Of a stretch of 59,545 nt of DNA, positions 44,203 to 55,102 are shown one piece after another. The stretch lies in IMG/VR virus record IMGVR_UViG_3300045284_000044, positions 1-59,545 of that record; one strand, given 5' to 3'. Position numbers and translations under genes: made by a program. The stretch is from a virus (lineage: Duplodnaviria > Caudoviricetes). The notes below the pieces were generated by a model that was given only the letters and a program-made list of their open reading frames with translations, was not told the origin of the DNA and did no database searches. Positions within the stretch are counted from its first letter, which is position 1. Every line of letters begins with the position of its first letter.

Positions 44203-45744
44203 TCATACTGCCCCGCTATTTGGACTCTTGCCGACGTTACCTGTTGAGACTTGGCCTCCGGTCGCTCCTGTGGCTGGTTTAGCTCTTGATGCCTGTTTAA
44301 CGCCATTACCTTTAGTTCTAACAGATCCGTTACCGACTGTCCCTCCAGTTGGGCCACCTTGCATTCCATCAATGTTACCCTGCAATAGTTCCCTAACGTC
44401 CGTAATCGGAGTCTCAGGACGCGGAGTAGTCCTCTTGGGAAAGTCAACCTGTTCACGAATGAAGTCCTCTGTATCTTCATCTACCGCAATTGCACCACGG
44501 CCAATAAGATTAGCCATAGCAGCGGCCCACATTTGCAGGTCTTTAGTTTCACCGATGTTACGAACCTTGAGCTTAGGAAAGTTGTCTGTGTTAAAGTTGT
44601 ATGCTACGATCTGTGGAATCAGGTATGTGTTGAGCTGATCGCAAATGGATTCGCCAACATACCTCATGGCCTTTAGGAACATATCCATTGAGGTCGCGCC
44701 AGTAGAACGGCCGCCACCGCCTGCTTCCATGATACCCATATTAAGGAACTGAAGCATGATGCTCTTGAGTATCATAGTATCATGATACTCAGCAGACTTG
44801 ATCGCGTCGATTAACAGTCCACTCGGCTTCAGAAATTCGATTTCTACACGAGGGTTAGTTACGACGTATGCGCGCTCATTAGTTCTCAGGTTAGAACCGA
44901 CGACGTGTGCGTACTTTTTGTCGTCCTGAGTATAACCTGCTAAGAGCCTTATGTTTGGTATTCCAATACCGTGCCTCTCCTTTTGAATTCCGTCTATTTT
45001 GTAGAGAGGCGATATGTAAGTCCAATGCTCAAAGGCGGGTTCTAGCAAACTGTTACCCAATAAGTCTCCGTCATCTTCTTCGAATGAGAAAATGACTGAC
45101 TTAACTATCGGTATTGTTTGCTCACTAACGGTGAAGTCCGTTGGATCAATCGTATTCTGAACTACAGCAACCGGACCACCATTTACATCGTATGTGATTT
45201 CCTTGATAGTGCTTGAAGGCCGCACAGCCAGCTTCTTGAGGACTGTGTATTGTTTGCGATTCGCGCCGGCTGTTACTTGTGATGGTGCCCATTCCTGTAA
45301 CTGCCATACGATTTCACGTACAGCATTTCCATTGCGGTACAGGCTGTTGCAAATGCCTCTGATTGTACGTTTGAACGGGACTGTTGGACTCTCAAACAAA
45401 TTAAATCGCACGAATTCTGCGATTTGTACGTCAAGAGGATCTTGTGAGCACGGGTCGATGTAATAGTCACCACCGACTACAGGTGCTTCAGCTGCCCTAA
45501 TTCCCATGCGAACGCTTACCGACGAGCGATACATCTTGGTGAACGTCTGGTTCTTCTGGAACCTGTTACTTAGTTCAGGAACAGGATTGAAGATAACGCC
45601 AGCTGTGCTTGATCCGTGCTCTTGATAATCAGCAGCGGATAGAGGCACATAGCCCTTACTACTGTAAGTAGTGCCTGTAGTTTTAGCTCTCGGTGAGCTA
45701 ACAGGCTTAGGCGCGGGCTGACGTTTGCGGGGAAATAAAGGCAT
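44203..45744 (-). CDS. Portal protein (Mu gp29/DUF935-like)
   Basis: GNSLL, ERHGIGIP, YHDTMILKSIMLQFL, LIPQIVAYNF; follows TerL. Confidence 0.9.
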   Translation of the reverse strand: MPLFPRKRQPAPKPVSSPRAKTTGTTYSSKGYVPLSAADYQEHGSSTAGVIFNPVPELSNRFQKNQTFTKMYRSSVSVRMGIRAAEAPVVGGDYYIDPCSQDPLDVQIAEFVRFNLFESPTVPFKRTIRGICNSLYRNGNAVREIVWQLQEWAPSQVTAGANRKQYTVLKKLAVRPSSTIKEITYDVNGGPVAVVQNTIDPTDFTVSEQTIPIVKSVIFSFEEDDGDLLGNSLLEPAFEHWTYISPLYKIDGIQKERHGIGIPNIRLLAGYTQDDKKYAHVVGSNLRTNERAYVVTNPRVEIEFLKPSGLLIDAIKSAEYHDTMILKSIMLQFLNMGIMEAGGGGRSTGATSMDMFLKAMRYVGESICDQLNTYLIPQIVAYNFNTDNFPKLKVRNIGETKDLQMWAAAMANLIGRGAIAVDEDTEDFIREQVDFPKRTTPRPETPITDVRELLQGNIDGMQGGPTGGTVGNGSVRTKGNGVKQASRAKPATGATGGQVSTGNVGKSPNSGAV

Positions 45745-45771
45745 TTAGCAGTTTTAGCGACTTAGATGGGG

Positions 45772-47160
45772 CTATGCCCTAAAGTAAGATTCTTGGGCTA
45801 TTAGCTCGTTACCGTACTTAAAGAAAGTGTCGGCTTCGGTCGCTGTACGCACATTATAGAGGTCCGCTAGTCCATCTGCGCCTCCTATAATGAACCTCTC
45901 ATTGAAGAAATAACGTAGAGCATCAGGGCCATGATCGTCACCCTGCATGACAAAGTTACCTGTTTTTTCTGTTCCGGGCTTTGCGTGAACCGACTGCATT
46001 TGGTTAATTAATCTACGACAGGAAGGGTGAATTATCAGTCCGGGTAATCCATCTGGTCGAACTCGAAGCGCTTGACTTACTGCCTCGACACCTAATACAA
46101 CACCAAGACCATTAGCTGATATCGATCCGAAGAGCATTTGCAGCGTCGCAATTTCCTCGGCTCCACGTGGGTCTGCATATATACCATCAATATGAAAGCC
46201 ATCGGGATTCTCACGAGTTTTTAGTGCCACACCATGTTCACTTGTTATCTTCTGAGGGACTTGATATTCTCTCCAGACGTAGGCACGCTGATCCAAGGGA
46301 TTAACCATAATGTCGAGACACACAAATGGATCTTTGAATCCGAAGTCCAAGGCCCAGTAGTTCTCCCACATAGGATTGTATTCGAATGGCTTAACGTGAA
46401 TCTGCGGATCGAAGTCCGAGTAAATCAAGCCCTCGTAGGCCGTGAACAATGCAGCATATTCCTGATCCCAGAACATTCTAGATACAGTCTCCCGAATCTG
46501 TACTAGTTCCTCGTCGTCATAACCATCAGGGAATGCAGCTAAATTGGTCCAAGTGGGGAAGTGCCAGGATTCATACATTGCGTTGTTTGGGTCAAGACCC
46601 AAGTCGTATAGGCCCTTAAACCAATTGAATCCCTGAGGCGTCGATGGAAAGTCAGCAGAGCCTCGTTTGTCTGCAAGGGCTGGCTGAATATACATTTCCC
46701 AGGTTGACATTCTGTGCTTTGCAGCCTCGGACATAATAACGTGGTCAAGTCCCTCTCCTACTAGAGATTCCGGTTTGTCTGCTGATACAACTTCGCATAA
46801 ACTGTCCATTGGCTCGAAGTAGATTCGCATGTCACCAGTCTTAGGACTGTTGCGTATCTTACACTTCGACAGTAGGCCCAGCTTCTTGAAGTCATAGTGG
46901 ACTACCCTGAATTCCTTTTCGCCCAGCTTATATGATGGGCCGCAAATCCAGTTGATTGTTTCGGGCATGAACATTTTGAGCGTCATTTCATGGCCCGCCC
47001 ATTGCGACTTACCCCAACGACGGCCACAGTTAGTTACTCGGTAACGAGCCTGACTCTCGTGTGCTGATCTTTGCCCATCTGAATGCGGATGATAATTAAG
47101 CTGCTCGAAAACAGCATCACGATCAACTGTTAGTGGGCGTCTGCGTGTGTTGTCAGCCAT
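45772..47160 (-). CDS. terL: Terminase large subunit
   Basis: CGRRWGKS, IMSEAA (Walker B variant), STPQGFNWF, LDFGFKDP, DDHGPDALRY. Confidence 0.93.
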   Translation of the reverse strand: MADNTRRRPLTVDRDAVFEQLNYHPHSDGQRSAHESQARYRVTNCGRRWGKSQWAGHEMTLKMFMPETINWICGPSYKLGEKEFRVVHYDFKKLGLLSKCKIRNSPKTGDMRIYFEPMDSLCEVVSADKPESLVGEGLDHVIMSEAAKHRMSTWEMYIQPALADKRGSADFPSTPQGFNWFKGLYDLGLDPNNAMYESWHFPTWTNLAAFPDGYDDEELVQIRETVSRMFWDQEYAALFTAYEGLIYSDFDPQIHVKPFEYNPMWENYWALDFGFKDPFVCLDIMVNPLDQRAYVWREYQVPQKITSEHGVALKTRENPDGFHIDGIYADPRGAEEIATLQMLFGSISANGLGVVLGVEAVSQALRVRPDGLPGLIIHPSCRRLINQMQSVHAKPGTEKTGNFVMQGDDHGPDALRYFFNERFIIGGADGLADLYNVRTATEADTFFKYGNELIAQESYFRA

Positions 47161-47477
47161 TAAGTAACTCTTAACAATCCAGCACGCAGTACCGGAATTT
47201 CCGGAGTCGCGCCAACTTTAACAAGTATATCGTAATCGCCGGCTACTAAGGTTACTGCACCACCAGGGCCGACTAACAAGCGCGCAAAGTAATCATCATC
47301 GACTGTTTCCCACGTTGCATCATTCCAGTCATCAGTAACGGGTTCTATATCTGTAACTGGTAATGCAACTTTAACTGTATCAGTTGTTGGATTGTATACC
47401 TCGCCGGCGCGGAAGCCCGTAACCCGCACAGGCAGATACTCTAGCGAGTCATGCCTTATTACGAATGTTGAACTCAT
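47160..47477 (-). CDS. Small Ig/BppU-like virion protein
   Basis: LLVGPGGAVTLVAGDYDILVKV...PEIPV; ATGA overlap with the upstream gene. Confidence 0.6.
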   Translation of the reverse strand: MSSTFVIRHDSLEYLPVRVTGFRAGEVYNPTTDTVKVALPVTDIEPVTDDWNDATWETVDDDYFARLLVGPGGAVTLVAGDYDILVKVGATPEIPVLRAGLLRVT

Positions 47478-50400
47478 ACTCCAGAACCTACCTTTATGTT
47501 GTTTGAAACGTCTCCATCGAAATCCCAATCCTCAGGTTCAGGTCTAGCAAACCAGCCTTGTCGGTTTTGTGGTTCGATGTTAGCACTCCAATTAACAAGC
47601 TCAGGTCTAGCAGACCAACCCTGGTTAAGAGATACTATATCGGCGTTCCATAGTCGTTCAGCTACCTCAGCTGTAACGAACGCAATGACTGGCGGTCTAA
47701 TGTAACCGGAGCCAATGCAACCTACTCTCCCGAATCCGGACTTGAGATAAATAGCTTGCCGGTAACCGGAACCGGCACCAATTGTTCCAATTACTCCATG
47801 CCCAGACCTACTGTGATCTATGTGCCTACTACCAGTACCGACTGTCCCGGCTACTGCATATCCAGAACGCGGGTGCTCAGTTATCCTTGCGCCTGAACCG
47901 ATTAAACCGCCAGCTACACCGTGACCGGACTTTATTACAAGTTTAGCTTGTGCTGTAGAACCGGCAGCAGTAAGGCCAGCAGTAGCAAATCCAGACTCAA
48001 CGAATACGGAGGCCGATGCACCTGTTCCTACGCCGGATACAGTTGCATAGCCTGCCTTGGTATACGTAACCTGTTTGCTACCACTTGCAACACCACTAAC
48101 TGTGGCGTATCCGGTCTTACCACCACGCGATATGGTCTTTGAGCCGGAACCTACAAGACCAACGATACCCGAGCCGAGTTCGTTGGAATATGCGCTGTGT
48201 GTAGACGAGCCAGAACCAATAGTTCCTATTACTGCGTGGCCTGACCTGGTAAAGGTGGCTGTATCGGTACCCGATCCGATGCCACCGGCGGTAGCGTAGC
48301 CTGACTTTGTGTGCGTAGTCTGCTTAGAACCCGAACCAATAAGACCTACTGCACCTAATCCTGTCTTATTGATCTGTCCAGCGCGGAAAACTGGCCCTGA
48401 ACCGATAGTGCCTGCAATACCATAGCCCGATCTACTGTGCTCAGTAGCCTTGAATCCTGATCCAATACCACCAACTGTGCTGAAACCTGACTTTACGAAT
48501 ACTGAGGCACTTGCGCCGCTACCAATGCTTCCGGCTACACCGAATCCTGAGCGGTTATGGTCTGTTTGTCGAACACCGGAGCCAATACTACCGGCGATTG
48601 CGTTACCCGATTCGACAAATACCGAGGCAGACGCGCCTGCGCCAATACTACCAGCGATACCGAAGCCCGAACGATTGTGATCGGTCTGTTTGGTACCAGA
48701 CGCTACACCGCCAACTGTTGCAAATCCTGTATCGACTTCTACGGTAGCACTTGGGCCTGAACCGATACCGCCTACTGTTGCATAGCCCGACTTATTGTGA
48801 TCGACTTCACGTGAACCAGTAGCAGTAAGACCAGTTGTCGCGTAACCCGACTTCGTATGAGTTACTGCCCGTGATCCTGTGCCAATTAGACCACCAACAA
48901 CACCATTACCAGTCCTCTGTACGGTACTTTCACTTGGGCCGGAACCAATAAGACCAGCAGCACCCAATCCGAGCTTACTGATAAAGCCGCTACGTGACGA
49001 CGCACCCGAACCAACAGTACCAACTACTGCATAACCTGACTTGTTTAGGAAGTCTGCATCGGGGCCTGATCCAATACCCCCCACAGTGGCATAACCCGAG
49101 CGTGTATGTGTTGTTTGTTTCGACCCAGATGCTACACCACCAGCAGTACCGAAACCAGATCTATTGTGGTCTGTTTGCTTGGCACCCGAACCTATCCCGC
49201 CGACTGTAGCGAACCCCGATTTAACAAAAACGGAGGCCGATGGGCCTGAGCCAATTAGACCGCCAGCTACACCAAAGCCGGATCGGTTATGGTCTGTTTG
49301 TTTACTGCCTGATCCAACAAGGCCACCAGCTATTGCATTGCCAGTTCTAATGTGATCGGTTTGTCGAACACCAGAACCTATTAGTCCAGCTGTACTAAAC
49401 CCTGATTTCGTGTAAACGTTGAAGCCAGCTTTAGTCTCGCTACCGGAGCCTATGCCTCCAACGGTCGCGAAACCGGACTCGACAAATATAGACTCACTTG
49501 GGCCTGCACCGTTACAACCAGCTACACCAAACCCGGACTTGACGTGGGTCGTCTGCTTGGAGCCTGAACCTATACCACCTATTGTGGCAAAGCCAGTCTC
49601 GACAAAGACAGATTCACTTGGGCCTGCGCCGTTACAGCCAACTGTCGCGAAGCCCGATTTAGTATGCGTAGTTTGTTTAGCACCTGAGCCTATACCACCA
49701 ACTGTGGCAAACCCTGACTCTACAAAGATTGATGCGCTTGGGCCTGCTCCTATGCCTCCAACAGTTGCGAAGCCTGAGCGGTTATGGTCAATCTGTTTAG
49801 GGCCTGAGCCTATACTTCCGGCAATTGCATTACCAGTTCTAATGTGATCTGTCTGTCTAACACCAGAACCGATTAGGCCATCAATTACACCGAATCCTGA
49901 TTTAGTGTAGACATTAGCGCCAGAAGATTTTTGCGATGCACCTGAACCGACTGTACCTACAACACCATTGCCTGTCTTAACTACAGCCGGAGAGAACGAT
50001 GCAATAGCCGCCCATGACTCATCATTGGGCGACATGTTGTACGTCGCTGGGCCATACGTGCCAAGCGACGATACAATTAGGTACTTGCTCTGGTTAGAGT
50101 CGAAAGCCGCGGTGTCTACTGCTACTGTGAATCCGTCACCACTAGACCCGCTGCCCAGTGTAGAGAAAGTAGCAGCAAACGAAAAGACTAGTTCAGAGGG
50201 AGATCGTGTTGTATCAACGGTGTCAGTAGATACTGGAGTTGTATTGTCAAATTGGTAGTGAACAATATCAAGAGGATCAATCGTCCCGAATCCAGTAAAC
50301 TCATGGACAGCCATGTCCAGGTTACTACCGCCAGATGACGTTGCTGTGACAACTGTAGTACCTGGAAGAGCATTCCAAGCATAGACGATATAAGCTCTGC

Positions 50401-51850
50401 GGCTGAGGCTACCTACTGTCTCACCAGACCAAGTACCAGCAATTTGCCAGGTATTTCCAGAAACACCATTAACGGTACTTGTGACAGATGGTAGAGTAAG
50501 ATCTCTTACATAGACCGCTGCAATTAAGAGGCTACCTTGGAGTACGTCTCGAGGATATGTGGCAACAATAGGATGAGTGTTAGGAGTACCTGCGCCTGCT
50601 GCTTGACGGAACCTGATTCCTGATGCAGAAAATGCACCTGAGCCAATGTCACCGACTGTTGCAAAACCGGATTTGGTGTGAGTAACTTGCTTAGGCCCAG
50701 AGCCTACTCCACCAGCAGTTGCGAACCCGGATTTAGTATGAGTTACTTGTTTGGAAGCTGAACCTACTCCACCAACTGTAGCAAAGCCAGTATTGACGTC
50801 TACTGATGCAGATGTACCTGCACCAATTAGACCGCCAGCCTGACCGAAGCCAGTATTAACGTCTATTGAGGCACTCGATCCTGAACCAATCAGACCGCCA
50901 GCAATAGCATTACCCGACCTGATATGATCGACTTGCTTAAAGCCAAGTAATGCTGTGCCAGTTAGTGCTACATTACCACCGCCGAAGTCATCCCACGAAC
51001 TTGAGTTAGAATCACTATCCATACCAATTCGACCGGATACATTCCCAGACGAATCAGTACGCTGTAAGATATTAGTCCATGTACCTGATGACCCTGAACG
51101 ATACCAAGCCGATATCGTCGAGCCGACAGCTCTAAGTCCAACACCATCGCCAGGACTTATTGTCTGTGAAACGAAACCTATTGAGTGGCCACCAACACCT
51201 GCTGAGAAGATATCTATACCAATCCCAGAAACAGCAATCCAGAATGGGTTTTGGGTTACAAGGTTGGGGCCACCACGTACATAGAGCCGCATAGTAGAAG
51301 ATACGGTTTTTACGGTTCCATAATTCTCACAGTCGGCATTGAAGGTTGACGGGTTCCACCATGAGACAGCGTAGCTTGATCCCGAAGGTATTGCGGCATT
51401 GCTTGCGAGAACAAGTCCCGGATTGGTACCGTCAGTTATCCAGTTTGATCCAAGCGCACCATTGGCACGATTGAAATCGTCTAGTATACCTCCTGCTGCA
51501 AATGAAGCATTACCAGGGATACCACCACTGGCTACAGCATAACCGGACTTAGTGTAGACATTACCACCAGGCGTGTATACCTTTGCACCTGAACCTAAAG
51601 TACCAGCTACACCGTTACCTGTCTTATTGTAGACACTAGGGCCACCGACTGTTCCGCCAACTCGAACACCGGAACCAATCATACCATCAACTACACCCCA
51701 ACCCATCTTGGGCCAGGTACGAGGCATACCGGCAATACCGTAACCTGACTTAGTAAAGGTTACCGGAACATGCGGTATTAAGGTGCCCGTCCACGCACGA
51801 CGCAATTGTGCCCGACGTGGATGTAGTTTACGGTAGACGTTGCCAGCCAT
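47474..51850 (-). CDS. 1458-aa Gly/Ser/Thr-rich repeat protein (putative fibre) with two inserted globular domains
   Basis: About 20-aa repeats [KR]SGFATVGGIGSG; DDFNRANGALGSNW lectin-like domain. Confidence 0.8.
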   Translation of the reverse strand: MAGNVYRKLHPRRAQLRRAWTGTLIPHVPVTFTKSGYGIAGMPRTWPKMGWGVVDGMIGSGVRVGGTVGGPSVYNKTGNGVAGTLGSGAKVYTPGGNVYTKSGYAVASGGIPGNASFAAGGILDDFNRANGALGSNWITDGTNPGLVLASNAAIPSGSSYAVSWWNPSTFNADCENYGTVKTVSSTMRLYVRGGPNLVTQNPFWIAVSGIGIDIFSAGVGGHSIGFVSQTISPGDGVGLRAVGSTISAWYRSGSSGTWTNILQRTDSSGNVSGRIGMDSDSNSSSWDDFGGGNVALTGTALLGFKQVDHIRSGNAIAGGLIGSGSSASIDVNTGFGQAGGLIGAGTSASVDVNTGFATVGGVGSASKQVTHTKSGFATAGGVGSGPKQVTHTKSGFATVGDIGSGAFSASGIRFRQAAGAGTPNTHPIVATYPRDVLQGSLLIAAVYVRDLTLPSVTSTVNGVSGNTWQIAGTWSGETVGSLSRRAYIVYAWNALPGTTVVTATSSGGSNLDMAVHEFTGFGTIDPLDIVHYQFDNTTPVSTDTVDTTRSPSELVFSFAATFSTLGSGSSGDGFTVAVDTAAFDSNQSKYLIVSSLGTYGPATYNMSPNDESWAAIASFSPAVVKTGNGVVGTVGSGASQKSSGANVYTKSGFGVIDGLIGSGVRQTDHIRTGNAIAGSIGSGPKQIDHNRSGFATVGGIGAGPSASIFVESGFATVGGIGSGAKQTTHTKSGFATVGCNGAGPSESVFVETGFATIGGIGSGSKQTTHVKSGFGVAGCNGAGPSESIFVESGFATVGGIGSGSETKAGFNVYTKSGFSTAGLIGSGVRQTDHIRTGNAIAGGLVGSGSKQTDHNRSGFGVAGGLIGSGPSASVFVKSGFATVGGIGSGAKQTDHNRSGFGTAGGVASGSKQTTHTRSGYATVGGIGSGPDADFLNKSGYAVVGTVGSGASSRSGFISKLGLGAAGLIGSGPSESTVQRTGNGVVGGLIGTGSRAVTHTKSGYATTGLTATGSREVDHNKSGYATVGGIGSGPSATVEVDTGFATVGGVASGTKQTDHNRSGFGIAGSIGAGASASVFVESGNAIAGSIGSGVRQTDHNRSGFGVAGSIGSGASASVFVKSGFSTVGGIGSGFKATEHSRSGYGIAGTIGSGPVFRAGQINKTGLGAVGLIGSGSKQTTHTKSGYATAGGIGSGTDTATFTRSGHAVIGTIGSGSSTHSAYSNELGSGIVGLVGSGSKTISRGGKTGYATVSGVASGSKQVTYTKAGYATVSGVGTGASASVFVESGFATAGLTAAGSTAQAKLVIKSGHGVAGGLIGSGARITEHPRSGYAVAGTVGTGSRHIDHSRSGHGVIGTIGAGSGYRQAIYLKSGFGRVGCIGSGYIRPPVIAFVTAEVAERLWNADIVSLNQGWSARPELVNWSANIEPQNRQGWFARPEPEDWDFDGDVSNNIKVGSGV

Positions 51851-52551
51851 CAGCCAATGATCCCTGTACCCGTCTTGGTGAGTCTAGGTATAATACCATT
51901 TCCCTGATTGAAGTGATCCAAAATCTGTGTCGGTGATAATGCAGTAGGATACATAGCAAACATCGTGCATGTTGCGTTAAGTGCAGCTCCGATGTCATTT
52001 GAAACACCAAAGAACCAGATATTCTGATTAATAATCGTTTGATTCGAGAAAGTTCCATCAGATACCGTACCGTCAACATAGGTATGGTTCGTAGAAGTAG
52101 CCTTTGTCCAAACTAGATGATGGAATGTAGTTGTGTCGGAGATAGTCGCGACGGACTTTCCGATCTGTGCGAATCCCTTTGACCAGACAGTAAGATGGCC
52201 TGTAGAATCGACTCCTATTGATGGCCCCTGACCACTGTTGGAGTTGTAGATACCATAGGCTGTACTGGCAGTAGCCAGTTTAATCCAGACTTCGATGGTA
52301 AACGTATCACCAAAGTGCTGCGCTGCTATATCAGCGGCAGATACATTACCGCTACTCGCGCCGATAAATCTACATGCTGTCGCTCCGCCGCTTCCGGCAA
52401 TACTCGCCTGACCTAAAGAGATACCTGCTGAGTTGCCGTAGGTAGCAGTCCTTATTCCAGCTTCATCTGCTGCTGGACTGGCAAACGCCGACTCGCCAAA
52501 TGCATATAAACCAACAGCACCATCAGCGAGACACGTAGATATGTAGGTCAA
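51850..52551 (-). CDS. LamG / concanavalin A-like domain protein
   Basis: FTIEVWIK, FHHLVWT, YVDG, YPTALSPTQILDHF. Confidence 0.85.
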   Translation of the reverse strand: MTYISTCLADGAVGLYAFGESAFASPAADEAGIRTATYGNSAGISLGQASIAGSGGATACRFIGASSGNVSAADIAAQHFGDTFTIEVWIKLATASTAYGIYNSNSGQGPSIGVDSTGHLTVWSKGFAQIGKSVATISDTTTFHHLVWTKATSTNHTYVDGTVSDGTFSNQTIINQNIWFFGVSNDIGAALNATCTMFAMYPTALSPTQILDHFNQGNGIIPRLTKTGTGIIG

Positions 52552-53666
52552 GCCCTACCCACGAAGTATGGATTAGCGATAACTGACTTGAAATGTGTCA
52601 ATGCCGAAGCACTTGACTGAATTGGCCAGTCCCAGAAACCCTGACCTTCATCAATGCGCCAGTTAAACCAACAGAACGCTTTAACCTGTTGGTACTTAGT
52701 TCCATTCGCCATTGCGCCGAGTAGATCATCGATAAACTTAATCCTATCGCCGGGGTAGTTGGTATCAACAGAACCGATCTCACCTAACATGATAGGTAGT
52801 TTACTCATGGCTGTCACACGATTATAAGTAGTATCGAATGTCCAGGCTACTGACTCACCGCCGTGGTTATATCCTGTAATACCAGTCCAATCAACATAGG
52901 CGTCGCCTGGGTACAATTGTTCTAAAGGCGTCTGTGAGTTCTCGGGATCAACATTAGGACACCAATGCCAGGATACATTCTTCGCGCCTGCGGCTACGAA
53001 TAGATCGTGGAAGTGCTTCCACATGGCAGTAAACTGAGTAGGGTTACTACGTGCCTGAGAGCCATAGTTGTACCAGGTGCCATTCATTTCGCAGTTCAAG
53101 CGAAATACAAATGGCTTACCCCAGGCTGCTGCACCTTTAGCCCATGCTGTAATCTGTGTGTCTTGCTTTCCTGATGTGTAATCAGTGAGTAATGTGCTAC
53201 CCGTGGATACGTCAAGTACAGGGATAGCTCCACGGGCTACTACAAGATCAAGATATACCTGTTGGGCAGCAAACGGTTTCAACCAAGGATCAGGGCCACC
53301 GCCACCGAACATCAGCAATGCAACCTTTTTACCCGCATCGCTCTCGAACTTTGCCCATGAATCAGATGTACCAGCATCGACCATAGGTGCATTAGACCAA
53401 GGCCCAGGTGGGTAGTAGAAAGCGTTTGTTTTGGCGCCTTCGATGTAACTACCCCACAGCGCGCCAACTTTGGGCGGTGGTACTGGATTAGTTGTTGTTT
53501 GAACTGGCGGTTGTGTAGGCGGGGGTTGTGTAGGTGACGGCGTTGCAGCCATGGCGTGCAAAACCTTAGTAGCCTCAGCTGCAAAGACCTTGACAGTTTT
53601 TGCTGCTTTAGCGTCAGCTTGTAGAGCCTTGTTTGCTGCGTCAAGCGCTGTAAGATCAATCGCCAT
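52548..53666 (-). CDS. Glycoside hydrolase family 26-like protein
   Basis: FRLNCEMNGTWY (acid/base Glu), YPGDAYVDWTGITGYN, PIMLGEIG (nucleophile Glu). Confidence 0.85.
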   Translation of the reverse strand: MAIDLTALDAANKALQADAKAAKTVKVFAAEATKVLHAMAATPSPTQPPPTQPPVQTTTNPVPPPKVGALWGSYIEGAKTNAFYYPPGPWSNAPMVDAGTSDSWAKFESDAGKKVALLMFGGGGPDPWLKPFAAQQVYLDLVVARGAIPVLDVSTGSTLLTDYTSGKQDTQITAWAKGAAAWGKPFVFRLNCEMNGTWYNYGSQARSNPTQFTAMWKHFHDLFVAAGAKNVSWHWCPNVDPENSQTPLEQLYPGDAYVDWTGITGYNHGGESVAWTFDTTYNRVTAMSKLPIMLGEIGSVDTNYPGDRIKFIDDLLGAMANGTKYQQVKAFCWFNWRIDEGQGFWDWPIQSSASALTHFKSVIANPYFVGRA

Positions 53667-54160
53667 TACGGTATCTCTCTGATTAGGCAGGTACCGTTAA
53701 AGAGAATTGCATCAGCAGGTGTGGTATTCAGGTTGCAAATCCACGCTTGTGCGTTAGCTACAAGGTGCCTATGTTCAGGCGGCGGCAACCACACGTAGGG
53801 AATCCTTACGTTCATGCCATCCGGGTGCATAAGGGCTGCTGTACCGCTTGTGGTTGCTTTAGTTGTATCATTGACACGTCCCGTAAAACCTGCGGCTGCA
53901 TCGTTAGTAGCTACTGGTTGCGGCGTAGGTGCTGTACCACCGCTTCCTACTGTAACAGTTGCAGGAAGCCTGAACATTCCGAGGTCATACAACTCTTCCT
54001 GTGCATCGCCGGCATCGGCAGCACCACCAACGTTAGAAAGGTAAACACCCTCGATAATACATATCTTATCAGCAGCAGGCTTGACATAGAACAACGTTTG
54101 CTGCACTGTGATAGATACGTTCTCGAAGGCTAACGTATATAAGCGACCGATACCAATCAT
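53666..54160 (-). CDS. Hypothetical virion-associated protein
   Basis: Coupled ORF in the accessory block. Confidence 0.7.
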   Translation of the reverse strand: MIGIGRLYTLAFENVSITVQQTLFYVKPAADKICIIEGVYLSNVGGAADAGDAQEELYDLGMFRLPATVTVGSGGTAPTPQPVATNDAAAGFTGRVNDTTKATTSGTAALMHPDGMNVRIPYVWLPPPEHRHLVANAQAWICNLNTTPADAILFNGTCLIREIP

Positions 54161-54393
54161 GACTGAACTTCCGCTTCTCTGACTTCTTCGACTAACGATT
54201 CCACAAGAACCCCCACAGTCTTGGCCACAGCTTCAACTGCTGGAGCTACTACTGTGGTAGCATGATCTGCCGCACTTTCTCTTGACTCATATACTTCTGG
54301 GTCATTGTCTACGTTGGGGTCATTATTGAGTTCCACTACATCGAAGTCAAAGGGAACATCAACCACAACTCTGACCCTTGCAATCATTTGCAT
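54157..54393 (-). CDS. Small acidic hypothetical protein
   Basis: RBS AAGGTGAG; ATGA overlap. Confidence 0.65.
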   Translation of the reverse strand: MQMIARVRVVVDVPFDFDVVELNNDPNVDNDPEVYESRESAADHATTVVAPAVEAVAKTVGVLVESLVEEVREAEVQS

Positions 54394-54397
54394 AATC

Positions 54398-55086
54398 TCA
54401 CCTTCTTAGTAACGAGTTGCGATTGACACGACGGGTTTCGGGAAGTAAGGATGGAGTTCCAACGATCGTCTCGGTAAATGAAAAGAATGTATCTCCGGTA
54501 GCGCCGGCTGCTCCATTCCAGAATCCTGTATTAGTACGTCCTGATGTACTCGTACTACCTGATGGTGAACAGAAGTATAACAATGCACCAATTCGATCGC
54601 TGACAGCAAATGCTGTTGATGTAGGTGTCAGAGTAATTGAGGTTGCAGCTTCGGCTGTTCCTATCTCAGTTATGTTTGATCCCTGAGCAAAAGCTACTGT
54701 TACGGCATTTCCGACGACCTTATAGAGCTTACATCCTACAGCGATATTTGCTGCTACTGCTGATTCAGCTGCTCTGATGTTTGCTGTGATTGATCCAGAG
54801 ATCGTAATAGCTTTAATAGTTGGTGATACCCAGAACAATGAAGCACCGATTACTGCACCAGTTTCAACTGTTCCAGCAGCAGCTAAAGTAATACCAGCTG
54901 CAACTTCCAAGGCGCGACAAGACCTGTACCCTGTGGGTTAGCGGCAGTCACAAGAGACGCAACAGTGTTATCTACCGTAGAAAGGACTGATGCACCTTGC
55001 GCAAAATCCATCAGCCTTGTATCAGCAGTAGTGAACGTCGATGTTGCTGGCATAACTGCCGACTTCGGGAACAGTTTTGTTGCCAT
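54398..55086 (-). pseudogene. Virion protein gene split by a 1-nt frameshift (ORFs 54883..55086 and 54398..54910)
   Basis: Overlapping ORFs of the same Ala/Thr/Ser-rich style; the downstream ORF has only a TTG start without an RBS. Confidence 0.55.
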
Positions 55087-55102
55087 GCGGGGTTATTACT
55101 GA

